The position numbers and the translations under genes are program-made. Of a stretch of 64,000 bases of DNA, positions 1 through 12,629 are shown one piece after another. The stretch is taken from NCBI RefSeq assembly GCF_020745735.1, contig NC_083417.1, positions 42,904,001-42,968,000 of the forward strand. Reading direction: 5' to 3'. Under the pieces are notes generated by a model, which searched no databases, was not told where the DNA came from, and saw only the letters and a list, made by a program, of their open reading frames with translations. This DNA comes from Hemiscyllium ocellatum. Lineage: Eukaryota. The stretch's first letter is position 1; each line of letters opens with the position of its first letter.

Positions 1-1134
1 GATTGGGATATCTGGTCGGCATGGACAAGTTGGACTGAAGGGTCCATTTCCATGCTGTACATCTCTATGACTCTCTGACAACATTGATTTGTTGATTTTG
101 CAACAACCTATAAATTGCTTAACTTGGAAGTGGAATGATCAGGTAAACATTAATTCATTGATTTATATTCCACTCATATCAGAAGGCCCATGATTCATAA
201 CCGAGGAAGAAATCAAAAAATGGAAATATGAGCATGGTGTATTCCAGTATAAGTTATAATCAAAAGCAGAAGCTGGACTCTGAAGCGTTGGCGAAAAGTC
301 CACATTTATCACAGTCAGGAATAGTTGGCATTTTCCCCCCCCAAAACAATTAATGTCTTGCCTATAAGTCTATGCTTCAGTTGTTTAACCACTAGGGTTA
401 TTCTGATTCTAAGCTAATTTTGCATGCATCTTAGAGCATTGGGAAAATACTAGTCTATCACAAAAGGATAGTGGCAGGTCTAATAAGTCATCTCACAAAT
501 GTCTCTAGAAAACTGAGCATAATATGGTAGAATTTAGCATTTAGGTTGGGAGGGGGGCAGGAACACTTGAATTAGAAATGACTGTACCAAACCTAACAGT
601 GTAATTGCATGGGAATGAGGGCAGAGTTGGCTGAAGGAAGTTAAACAGAAAAGATGGTTGATGCACAATTGCAAATGCGTAAAAAAAGATGATTCACGTC
701 AAAGATATACCCTCTGATGAAGCAGGATTCCAGGGTAGTGATGAGCCAACCATGGTTGACCAGAGAAAAGAACAGCAAGGACAGCAACAAATTCAAAAGA
801 TATGCATTTATTTACTAAAGTTTACTTGCAAAATGGGAGGATTGGGAAAGTATCATGAGCTGAAAGATGATCAAAAGGATGAGGGGAAAAATAAGGGCAA
901 ATGAGCAGACAACATAAAAACATACAGTAAGAGCTTCTTTGAATATATAAAAAGGAAAACCGCTTGACCCCAATAGGTTGCATCCTCGGGAATAGCTACA
1001 GGAACAATGGATGGAATAGAATCATCTTCCAAGAATCCTTGGATTCTGGAAAAGTCAAACATAACATCTGTATTCAAACAGGAAGAAAGACTAAAAGCAG
1101 TATCTAGCTGAACATCAGACGTTGGGAATTTGAG

Positions 1135-2185
1135 TCATAGAGATGTACAGTACAGAAACACATCCATGCTGATCAAATATCCTAAGTTCATCTAGTCCCA
1201 TTTACCAACATTTGGCCCATATCCCTCTAAACCCTTCTTACTCATGTATACATTCAGATGCCTTTTTAATGTTGGAATTGTACCAGCCTCCACCACTTCC
1301 TCAAGCAGTTCATCCCATACCTGCACCACCCACCGGAAGAAAAATTGCCCCCGAGGTCCCTTTTAAAAATTTCCCCTCATCTTATACCGTGCGGGGTGGC
1401 ACGGTGGCACAGTGGTTAGCACTGCTGCCTCACAGCACCAGAGACCCGGGTTCAATTCCCGACTCAGGTGACTGACTGTGTGGAGTTTGCACATTCTCCC
1501 TGTGTCTGCGTGGGTTTCCTCCAGGTGCTCCGGTTTCCTCCCACAGTCCAAAGATGTGCAGGTGAGGTGAATTGGCTATGCTAAATTGCCCATAGTGTTA
1601 GGTAAGGGGTTAATGTAGGGGTATGGGTGGGTTGCGCTTTGGCGGGTCGGTGTGGACTTGTTGGGCCGAAGGGCCTGTTTCCACACTAAGTCTAATCTAA
1701 TCTAAAAAAATACCCATGTTTTTTCGACTTCTCTACCTTGGGAAAAATTTCTATAAAGGTCAACCCTCAGCCTCTGACACGCCAGCAAAAACTTTCCCAG
1801 CCTATTCAACCTCTTCCTGTAGCTCAAACCCTCCAAAACATCATTATAAATCTTTTGTGAACCCTTTCAAGTTTCACAAATCTTTCCAATAGTAGGAGAC
1901 CTTTCCAATAGCAGCAGCATTACAGAAGTGGCCCAACCAACATCCTGTACAGGTGCAACACAACCACCCAACTTTTATATTCCATGCAGAAACCAATAAA
2001 GAAAAGCATACCAAATGCCTTCGTCACCCTATCTGCAATGCCACGTTCAAGGAACTATGAAACAACATGCACCGCAGCGTCTCTTTGTTCAGCAACACTC
2101 CCAGAACCTTATCATTACAAGTATAAGTCCAGTCTGGATTTGCCCTACCAAAATGCAGCATCTGACATTTACCTCGATTGAACCA
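1135..2185 (-). mobile_element. CR1/HER1 LINE 3' fragment, split by a SINE and resuming at about 3030-3100
   Basis: CR1 3' tail (tctatgactc) and an RT C-terminal remnant (KCQMLHFGRAN). Confidence 0.8.
1393..1705 (+). mobile_element. HE1-type tRNA-derived V-SINE
   Basis: A box TGGCACAGTGG, B box GGTTCAATTCC, V-domain, (TCTAA)n tail; splits a CR1 fragment. Confidence 0.9.
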
Positions 2186-2189
2186 GTCC

Positions 2190-3030
2190 TCATTCTGGAT
2201 TAGTGGTGCTGGAAGAGCACAGCAGTTCAGGCAGCATCCATAGTGCAGCGAAATCGACCTTTCGGGCAAAAGCCCTTCATCAGGAATGAAGGCAGTGAGC
2301 CTGAAGCGTGGAGAGATAAGCTAGAGGAGGGTGGGGGTGGGGAGAAAATAGCATAAAGTAAAATGGGTGAGTGGGGGAGGGGATGAAGGTGATAGGACTC
2401 ATTGCACTCTATGCTACTTTCTCCCCACCCCCACCCTCCTCTAGCTTATCTCTCCACGCTTCAGGCTCACTGCCTTTATTCCTGATGAAGGGTTTTTGCC
2501 CGAAAGGTCGATTTCGCTGCACTTTGGATGCTGCCTGAACTGCTGTGCTCTTCCAGCACCACTAATCCAGAATCTGGTTTCTAGCATCTGCAGTCATTGT
2601 TTTTACCTAGTTAATTTTAACCCTACTGCAAATCCTCTTGCAAGGATGCCAACCTTGAAGTTTTCCTCCGCTCTCTACAAGAATCTCAGGGAGTCCCTCT
2701 CCCACTACAACTCCCAGGTCATTTCCTCTGCCCTGAAGCTCTTCAACCATGTTGTGAAACAAGCTCAGTACCACAGCCACATTTGCTTCCTCAGTGCCTG
2801 CCTCCGTAACCAACTCATCCCACACGGACTCCAGACCACCTTTAAACCAGCAGAGTTCGGACCCGAACAGGACAAACAGTACAGACTACAGATTCAAAAA
2901 CACCAGCAACAGGTCTCCTTCAAGATCCTCCGCTCCACGCTCGCAGCAATGCGCCAGCACCTAACCTCTCTCCAGTCAGCTCTGCCTCAGCTGAGGGCCA
3001 CACTCTTAGAATTGCAAAGGACCCACTCTG
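2190..3030 (+). mobile_element. Penelope-like element fragment: inverted terminal-repeat pair followed by the start of the ORF
   Basis: About 2192-2355 is the reverse complement of about 2410-2573; hammerhead motifs in both arms; ORF MPTLKFSS... from 2647; interrupts a minus-strand CR1. Confidence 0.8.
2478..2513 (+). ncRNA. Hammerhead motif variant (GAAAGGUC); mirror copy at 2252-2287 on the minus strand
   Basis: CUGAUGA-A-GGGU UUUU GCCC-GAAA-G-GUC. Confidence 0.55.
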
Positions 3031-3119
3031 AACTACTCCTCAGCCCACCTGAACAAGGTCCCATTGTACTCAGAAGTGTCATCTGCAAGCTTACTGAACC
3101 CTCCTATATGTTACAGTAT

Positions 3120-4290
3120 ATTGTAAAGGATATAATGGCAGAGTATTTAGAAACAATATAAACATGGATTCATGAATAGAAAATCAAGCCCCACAAATTT
3201 ATTAGAGTTGAGGAGCTAACAAGATAGATAAAGGGCAAGGTAACATATTTGAATTTTCTAATGCATTTGCTAAGGTACCACACTCACGGCTACATAATAA
3301 GAGCCTATGGTATCAGGATAGTATATTAGCATGGATTGAAGATAAGCTAACAAACAGAAGACAGTTGTGATAAAGGGAGCTTTTTAAGATGGCAATTGTA
3401 AGTAGTGGAGTGCCACATATGTTTCAGTACTGAGGCCATAATTATTCACAAAATATTTTGACTTCTGCGAGAGAATGTAATCTCATCAAGTTTGTGTATG
3501 ACAAAAGTGGGAAAGCAATTGGTAAGGATGACACATGTCACCAGTGATATATACAGGCCGAAAGTGGGCTAAAAGCCTTGGCAGAAGAATATGGGAAAAT
3601 GCGAAGATATGTAATTTGGCAGGCATAACAGAACTGATTTAAATGGGAAAGATTGCAGAAAGCTGCAGCAGACCAACTTAGTGAATCAAATCTGTTAATC
3701 TCAAAAAGCTAGCATACAAATTCAGAAAGTGAAAGGGAAAGCAAATTAAACTTTGGCTTTTACTTCGAAGGGAGTCGAATATACAAGACACCGGTGAGGA
3801 CACAGTTGGATTACTCAACAGTTTTGGTCTCATCAAAAGATAGATATACTAACGTTGGAAGCAGTCCAGCTGAGGTTCACTATGGAGCATTTCATACAAG
3901 GAGAAATTGATTAGGTTAGGCTTGTACTCATTGAAGTTTAGGAGAATAAGAGACCTTTTGAAATATTAAAGACTCTTAGATAGCTTGACAAGGTAGTTGC
4001 AGAGAAGTTGTTTCCCCTTGTGGGAGAGTCTATGACCAGGGGGTGTAATCTGTGTAAGGGATAGAGAGGAGGAGGAATTTCTTCTTTCAAAGTAGTGGAA
4101 ATTTACCAGAGGATTGTGCAGGCTGAATCGTTCAAGGTCAGATTTCTAAATGTTAAGAGAATCAAGTGTTTGGGGATAAAGCATGAAAATGGAGTTGAAT
4201 GTTATTAGACTAGCTCTGACTCATTGAATGGCAAAATGGATTTAAAAAACTGAATGGCCTACTTCTGTTTATATCTTATCATCTTACCTA
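3120..4290 (+). mobile_element. Degraded CR1 LINE
   Basis: catggattcatgaatagaaaatc..., agtggagtgccaca, 3' end gaatggcctacttctg. Confidence 0.75.
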
Positions 4291-6767
4291 CAATAGTGCA
4301 ACAATCTTGCAGCAAGGTATAGTGTAATTTGTACTCATGTTCTTCAGTGGGACTTGGTGAAAAAAAACATGGGCAAACAACAAGTTAAGGATTCTAAAAG
4401 TCATCTTTCTCACTGATCTTCCTACATTTAACTCTGGCTGCCTTACAATTAGAACAGAAAACCAGCAACAAGTCCTCGAGCTTCTTTGAGGCTGACTAAT
4501 TGATAAATCAATCCAGAAATTTTAAAATAAGTATTTTTAACAGTAGATATATGCACTATTACAGTGTCTTTGATTGCATTTGTCAAATTATATAAATTAT
4601 CATTCAACTTTCGGCCTTAGCTGTAGGGGTAAACATGTCTTGAAATGGATCCAATGTTTACTTATGATTATATAGTAGGGTGGTTGTAAAGAATGATCCT
4701 TTCATTATTCAATAACAGAGCTAAGAAATACCAAACCCATGTTCAGTTCCTTAGGAATAAACGCTCCTCACAGCTTGATATAATGTCTTAGAAATACAAA
4801 ATGCTTTCTCTGTATAGACTAAATTGGCTAATTCTTGTGCATCGGTCTGTTATTAATGAGTAAAAAAGGATTGGTGAAGTACTATTATTTTCTGCACATT
4901 GGCAACCTTGGAATATAGAACAAATTCTTACTTCCTACAATATCATCTGAAAACTTTTCTTCAGCAATATTAATGCTGGATTTCTCAGTGGAGCATGGTA
5001 TTCAACCTTATTAATGCTGTATAGATGCCTCCTCAAACTGTTTGAGAAAATGGCAATGATATCTTGAGATCTACAGATTGAAACAGTACATAGTAGTGAA
5101 ATCTTCTGAACATATTACCCAATACTAATATGACCTGATAGATCTTGGTCCTTTAAAAAAAGAGATCTTTTGTACAAAGACTATAGATTTGCTCTGAAGC
5201 AAGAGGGGATGACTTTTCCTAATCTGTCCAAAACTGTTTCTCAATGAAAATACTAAACTCACTTGAAGGCAAAAATGTAAAGAGCTGAAGTCTCAAGAAT
5301 GCTTTCACACAATAATTTCCAACTCTCTGGCATGCATGAGTCCTCAATGAAATTTTTTAAAGACTCCAAAATCAATTTTGTATTTTAGTTACACTAATTA
5401 ATCACAAACAAATTTGGAATTAAACAAGAGCTGGGGCAATTCAAACAGTAATAAAATTTATGATTAATACCTGATTACTCCTAAGCAAGAAACGTAACTA
5501 ATGAAAGCATTAGTTGCATACTTCCAGTCACTGGTTAAAATTAACAAGGTACAAGTCCAAACAGCAAGCCACCAAAAGATGCAATAAGTAAAACCCACAG
5601 GGAATCTAAAAAAAATCCTGCAAATTGTAGAAATAAAAAAAGACAAAAATTCGGATTCTTTCCTGGAAGTGCGAGTTGCCATTAAATTTGATCTCAATTT
5701 CAGAAAATGGATAAAGAACGTCTAAAACTTGCAAGGAGGTCAAAATCAAAACAGAAGTCATTACAAATGATTAAAAATAAAGACTGAATAGGGAAACCAT
5801 TAACCCTATTGAAGGATCACATATTGTGATCACATTATGTCTTTCCCCCCCCCCTTTAAACCAAAGGGATTGGCTTTAAATTGAAGCTCAATATAGTATA
5901 CTATACTAAAATGATTTACATGTTCAAACAAATGCATTACAAAGAAAAAGGGGAACCTTTATTAAGTTCAAACACCTACGTATTCTTCAGTTGTTACAGA
6001 AGACATCCCTTCACTTTAAAATACTATCACATTGTAACACACTGAGAACTAACGTTTCTAAAGTGATTGTGGATTTTTCTCCCTCCTCCTGCAAATTAAT
6101 TAGAAACTTCATTTAACAGAGGTGTATATCAATACATTAAAGAAATTTAATTACTTTAATTGGGATACTGAACATATTATTTGTCATCAAATCAATGCAG
6201 CACTGTTACAATGCTCAGTACAAAAAAAAAAGCAGTCAAGTGAACAGTTGTACAAATCTGGCCAAGATAATACTGTACGGTGATATTTATTCAACTTGCT
6301 TCTGTTGATATACTTGCTTTCAGCAACACAAAGGAGCGCATGTCAGAGTGCTTTGAGACTCCATAAAAAGGTATCACCATACAATAAAATCTTTTTAAAA
6401 AGTTCTCATAAAACAGAATGGAGAAATGTTTTAACAAGCATCTAACAAATGAAACAACCACTGCGAAAGATACATTTACCAAGGTTTTCCCAACCCTTTC
6501 AAAACCATTCATGGCGACATTTAAAAGTTACAAAAAAATGGTCCTTTTACATGACATTGGGCATACACCTTCAAAAGGAACTTGAACTTACAATAGGATC
6601 TTTCTAAAATACTACAGTTCACAACTCAGTCTGAGAATATTCAAGGTGTTTGTTGTATTCGTTCAGTACAATATCTTGGACTTCTGGTGCTCTTCAAACA
6701 AGGTTTTGTTGGATATACAAACCCCTCTCTAAAGCAATGTGCATTCTGATGCGTCAAGTGATGCTCC

Positions 6768-6808
6768 TTACTGCAGCTGGAGTCTAGCACCTAGTTTTAA
6801 AGGATGAC
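6768..6808 (-). CDS. NCOA5-like probable terminal coding exon (GHPLKLGARLQLQ*)
   Basis: Strong acceptor tgttttgttcttttatcgtag, phase 1, TAA at 6768-6770; downstream minus-strand AATAAA at 6286-6291 and 5958-5963. Confidence 0.55.
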
Positions 6809-6939
6809 CTACGATAAAAGAACAAAACATTTACTTCCTGTACAAAAATCACAACAAGTTCAGGTTGCATGGTTTTGCAAAATGCTTGCCTTATTTTCTT
6901 TAATAGCAATAGTACAGCAGCACAGAGCAAGATCATTTG

Positions 6940-7510
6940 TAAGAATGGAGACAAGATTCAGCCATATAGACCATCAGTAAGATGACAACCGAAACATATG
7001 TTAGCCATCTTCAACCCCTCCCTGCCCCTCACGATGCTTTAATTCTGAGTGTCCAAAAACCCAACCTTCATTGTGAATATATTTCATGACTGACTGAACA
7101 TTTACATTACCTTGGGTTAGAGAATTCCCACAACACAAGAAATTTTTCATCTCTAACATGACATATGTAGAATATTCATTTCACCCACTCAAAGGCAAGT
7201 ATATTCTTCCTTGTGTGATGAGACCAAACTTTACAGTATTCAAGGTGCAGTCTCACATGATTGCAGTGAAAATCTCAACTCCGAAGCAAATTCCACCACA
7301 TCAAATATTTCACATTTCCCCATGTTGTAGTCTATTTGTCACCTAATTTAATCTACTGCATTCTTTGCAGCCTATATGCTGACAACTTAGTTTTCCACCC
7401 AGCTTTGCATAATTAACAAAATTGGTTATGTAACATTTTGCACCCTCAGCTAATATAGGTTGCAAATAGGTGGGGCACAAAATTATTCCTGCCATACTCC
7501 CACTGGTTAC
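6940..7510 (-). mobile_element. Old CR1 LINE fragment
   Basis: Reverse complement resembles the CR1 3' regions elsewhere in the window. Confidence 0.55.
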
Positions 7511-8828
7511 AGCCTATGAATAAATTTAAACAAAATCAAAAAATGACCCACCTAAAATTTTACACTTCATAGATAGCCACAAGGAGAGCTTTCATAAAAT
7601 GAAAGCCAAAAAATTAACTTTGTAGCCATGATATCCTTGAGATGTTCTTTATTTTAATGACCATTTCAATCTGTGTCCACAAATATGTTTCCTCCTATAT
7701 GCAACTAAGTGAATTCTTTGTGTTTTGAAGTTGTGCTTTGCCACCACTCTACATTTGTGTGTTAATCCATTTATTCTGAACTGAACCAACGTGACCATAT
7801 GTATTTTTTCTGCATTTCTTTAAAAAAAGGATATATTTCACTCTACTAATATACTGCTGAATATTATTAAATCCATTTTGCTTCAGTCATTCCTTCACAT
7901 CTCTAACTTTAAAAGACCTAAACCAGACAGATGACCCCCCCCCCCGCCCAAGTGTTTGGTACATATAATTTAAAGATGTAGCCCAAATCTTTCCATATCT
8001 AGAAACTGGATGTCAGTTGGGAGATGTACATCAGGACCTGATGGTATCCTTTGGATGCACTGAAAATGTCAAAGAAGTTTAAACTTCAGTTAGATTGATT
8101 TCCACTGCATGGGACCCTCTGCCATTGTCAATGACATGGACCAGACACACTCAAGTTACTTGGAAACATACCTAGGAAACATTCCGCTCGTTAATACCTG
8201 GTCTAAATCAGATTAGCTAGAGTTACTCAATGGAGCACCAAAACTCATCCGTCCAAAATCATCCACACTACTTGAGTCGACCACCCCACGTGGCAACATA
8301 CACATCAATTTATACTGAAACACTCAATGCTAGGATAAAACAACTGCCATCTGGTATTAGGTCTTTTCAGCTGTTCATAAAAATTGGAGTTTTACCTTGC
8401 CAGAAAATGAATACAATAGCCCCTACACAGGATTGGCCACGCCCGATAAAGCAAAAAGCCTATACCCGTAATACTGGAAATTTACTGTATTATCACAATC
8501 TCCATGCCATCCAAGTTAGTTTAGTGAGGGTGCGAGTGAGAAGGCTCTCTGCCAGTATGTTTGTTAAAAGGTAAAGTTGCATATTATTTAAGTGACTGAT
8601 GTGGTAAATAAAGTGTAACAGGGATGTGTATACTCCTGCATTACATTTCTATTACTTGGAATGCATTTTTAGATTGGTCAAGAGGTCCACATAATTGATT
8701 GGAATACTTATCATATTAAAAAGGTTTGCTGCACATACTCAATATTTGGGAGAATTCAGAATGCCCAATAATATTAAGAGGCAGCTTGGTGGTGGTGGAG
8801 AGTTGAAACAAAGAGAAGAAATGTTAAC

Positions 8829-9020
8829 CTGGAGCAGGCAGAAGAGCCCGGATTGGTCGATCACCCAAAAGTGGAGGTTTTTTCTGAGCAAGAGGAGCAT
8901 GACCCAAAAGAGGTGGTCTGCCTGGTGTTGGAAGGAGGGGTTTAGGCTTGCTGGAGGGCTGTGGAACACTGCCAACATCATAATAACCTTCAGTTCCAGT
9001 GGGCTGTTGAGCAAGAGAAG
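8829..9020 (-). CDS. NCOA5-like coding exon 9, Pro-rich (PLLPTP, PPLLGHAP, PPLLGDRP)
   Basis: Acceptor tactttccag, phase-1 join with exon 8, open frame of ORF 8824..9090. It either splices at gttaac or ends at the in-frame TAA (8824-8826). Confidence 0.75.
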
Positions 9021-9812
9021 CTGGAAAGTAAAAGGTTAAAACATTAGTGCACACTAATAGACAGCTTGCATACCTCAATTCCGATCTCAAAAACTAAATA
9101 CCACAAATGGCCTATTTCTGATCCTACTCTATTTGTAAAAATGCCTAAATTGAATAATAGCCATATCAAACATTGCACCAAAAGCTTGAAATATGCATAC
9201 TTACGATCATGTGGCCACTGATAAAGCTCAGTTCCTCCTTCCTGATAGTTTTGCCAATTACTGTTTGCTTCTATAAAAACAGAAACACAATGTGTCAGAT
9301 TATCAAATTCCAAATCAACTTTGTAACAATTACCAAAAGTAGCACATTTGAAAATGTATGTCCATAAATCAAATCTTGAAATTTCCAAACCACATTCCTA
9401 AAGCTACCTATAGTGATCTTGAAGCCAATGCATTTTGAAGCCAGAAACAGAATTAGGAATCTAGGCACTGGTTATTGGTGCTGTTCCATGGAATCAAAGA
9501 ATTCATAATTAACCCTTGACTTCATCTTGAGCATCAAATGCACAAGGAAGCCAAATACCATTTTTGTGATTGCTGCTTTACTGGCACTGCATTGGTCATA
9601 GTTGCAACCATTATAATTTCAGCTATTACTCAGATTTTCCCAATTTTGCATTCAAACAGTGCTCAAAAATCTCAAGGTTAACAAAAAAAAATTTAATACT
9701 AAAACATTTACAATATAGAACTGAAGAAATAAAACAATTTAAGAGATAGCTGATAAAGTGAGTTCCATCAATGTGGACCCTCTGTGCAGGCAGAATTATT
9801 AACTCGACTAAC

Positions 9813-10094
9813 CTCCTTCAAGGGCCTCTTTTCTTTTGTTCAAATAATCAACCACCTTTTGAAGCTCCTCAGCATACAGATGCTTTCCGTCACCCAGCAG
9901 GAAAAGGAGATGTCGAATGCTGCTGGGCACAACGTGACTTTCATCGTAAGACTCACGATGAAGATAATCATCGGCCAAATTAGCTGCTTTGTGTGCAATC
10001 TCAAGGCGTTCTTTTTCCAGAGTTTCACCAAAAATGCGTTGGTGTTCACGTGAAATCAGGTCCAAAGCATCTTCCAAAGGCATATTACGATGTT
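9813..10094 (-). CDS. NCOA5-like coding exon 8 (EHRNMPLEDA...IRHLLFLLGDGKHLYAEELQKVVDYL), contains LxxLL
   Basis: EHRNMP is identical to NCOA5; LLFLL sits at the position of the NCOA5 LINLL nuclear-receptor box; matches ORF 9808..10083. Confidence 0.92.
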
Positions 10095-11348
10095 CTGTTC
10101 AAGAAAGGTAACTTCGTTTTTCATCTGATATGAAAGCTCTTCATGTGTTAAGTACACATTGAGAATAGTTTTCTAATTTATGGCAGTGGAATTTCAAGAA
10201 AGTTGAAAAATGGAAAAGAGACAGAAATTGTGTGTGGACAAGCTGAGATGGTATATTTGAGAGGAAAGAAAGATGAAAACACAGAAAGGTGAGCACAATA
10301 ATTAAGGGGAGGAAGGAGGAGGGGGGGGGCGCGATGGTGGTGCAGGAAGGTAAACATTTTAATGCTTTATGTGAAGGGTTTAGATTATAAATGTCCATTA
10401 AAACAAAAGCACTTTGAACATGAAGTCTTAGTTCTGTGTACCATACTAAACCCACAGTCCAGCTATACAACTGCTATATGCCCCCACCTCACTTAGGGCC
10501 AACCAGTTGTAAATTTCAAGTCTTGGATGTCATAAGCAAATCGAAGTGATAAATTGTGCATTGCATACAAAGAATATTATCTTGATATGTTTGAACACAA
10601 TATAAAAGAGATGAAACAATGAGTAAAATACACTTTTTAGCACCTGTACATCAAAGTATAATAACGTGAAAAGTTAAAGTAATTCAAAACCCACAGGGCA
10701 AGTTTACTGACTTTAATCATGAAAGAGGAAACAAAATTAAGAAACTTCCTCTAATAAAGATTGGATTGGGATATGTGGTCAGCATGGATGGGTTAGACCA
10801 AAGGGTCTGTTTCCATGCTGTACATTTCTATGACTCTATATGCCTAGTGATACCTAGAACCCCCACCACATGAATAGCATGAGTTTGTGAACAGATATGA
10901 CAATTCAAACAGTCTGATTACACTCATTCCTCATTGAATTCCAACTTCAGTTAAGTAATCAAGTACCAAACACCAGGAAAAGGAAGAGTGCTTCACTGCA
11001 ATCAGTGCCAAAGAATGGGGGGACGGGGGAAAGAAATTCATGAAACAGCACTTTGCTTGCCATCACAAAAGAAACTGCTGTGGAAACCACTCAACTTTTT
11101 TTAAAAAACCAACTTTACAAATAAACAATTTTGCTAAAACGCTTTTCAAATATATTTCAAATAAAAATCTCAATATAACCATGTGAGGAATACGGATGTT
11201 TGGAATACATGATTTTGCTCATTTTGGACAATGAGCATCAAATTACCCAGGTATACTACCACACAATAACAATGAAAAGAAAATGACATTATTAGGCTTT
11301 TGTACCTCAAGGATTCTACAAATGTCTTTATGGAAATTGTATATGTAC

Positions 11349-11548
11349 CTTTGTGGCCTGCATACAAAATAATCACTGTGCATGAAGAAAGAGACTGGTG
11401 CTCTCCTCCAACGACAACACAAAATGGGGAACCTTCTTCTCGAACATCTTTCAAAGCAGTATCAAGAGCCAACTCTAATTTAAGATACACAAGATCCACG
11501 AGAAGCCCCAGTTCTTGGACTCGTCGCCCTACCAGTTTGGCATAATCC
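11349..11548 (-). CDS. NCOA5-like coding exon 7 (DYAKLVGRRVQELGLLVDLVYL...SCTVIILYAGHK), anticodon-binding-like domain
   Basis: Aligns to NCOA5 DYAESVGRKVRDLGMVVDLIFL...GSPFAIVITQQHQIHRSCTVNI (recalled); 200 nt with AG/GT boundaries. Confidence 0.92.
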
Positions 11549-12036
11549 CTGAAAAATTGATAGTGAATATTTTCCAGTTAGATACTCAAACAAGATCAAT
11601 AAGACTTGAAACTGCCAGTAATTAACACGATTAAAATTTTTCACAAATCAAAGCCCCAGAGTAAGACCCTATCATAAAAGTACTCAAAGGATTTAAAAAA
11701 AAATTAGAATTAAAAACTTAAATTCTTAAAATGGTAACATTTAAACTTTTGCCTTTAGAAAGATAGAATCAGACAGAAGAGGCCCTTTGGCCCATTGAAT
11801 TTGCACTAATGCTACACTAAATCTACACTGGTCTCACTTCCATCACTGAGCCCATTGCCTTGAATGTTAAGACATTAAGTAGTAATTGGAGTACTTTTGA
11901 AAAGGTTATCATTAGCCACTTCAACTACTTACCTCTTGTAGCATATTCTAAAATCCCCCCAGTCCTTCACCATCCTGTATAACTTTTAAAGAGTTATGTT
12001 CCTGCAACCATAAGTCTGTTTGATTACCAGAGTTTA

Positions 12037-12355
12037 GGGGCGGCACGGTGGCACAGTGGTTAGCACTGCTGCCTCACAGCGCCTGAAGACCCGGGTTCAA
12101 TTCCCGCCTCAGGCGACTGACTGTGTGGAGTTTGCACGTTCTCCCCGTGTCAGCGTGGGTTTCCTCCGGGTGCTCCGGTTTCCTCCCACAGTCCAAAGAT
12201 GTGCGGGTCAGGTGAATTGGCCATGCTAAATTGCCCGTAGTGTTAGGTAAGGGGTAAATGTAGGGGTATGGGTGGGTTTCGCTTCGGCGGATCGGTGTGG
12301 ACTTGTTGGGCCGAAGGGCCTGTTTCCACACTGTAAATCTAATCTAAAATCTAAT
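12037..12355 (+). mobile_element. HE1-type V-SINE
   Basis: Same consensus as the other copies; A and B boxes, TCTAA tail. Confidence 0.9.
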
Positions 12356-12629
12356 CCTCTGGATCCAAATGTTTTGTCTCAAATCTCCTGCCTTTTACCT
12401 TAAAATTACACCTCCTTATTATTGACCTTCCAATTGAGAGAAACAGCTGCTTTCTAGTCACCCATTCACACCCTCAATCTTGCGTACCCCTCTATCAAGT
12501 GTCCCCTCAATCTTCGACGATTCAAAGAAAACAGTCAGTGCTTATCCAGCTTCATAGTTGAAGTCTTCCAACCCAAGGCAACATTCTGATAAGTCACCTG
12601 TGTACCTTACTAACCTGCCATACTGGAGT

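Noticed and set aside
1393-1470. tRNA gene
   Set aside because: The A and B boxes belong to the SINE head and continue into the V-domain and LINE-derived tail.
2496-3161. 221-aa host gene
   Set aside because: Chimera of a Penelope terminus and ORF start with flanking CR1 sequence.
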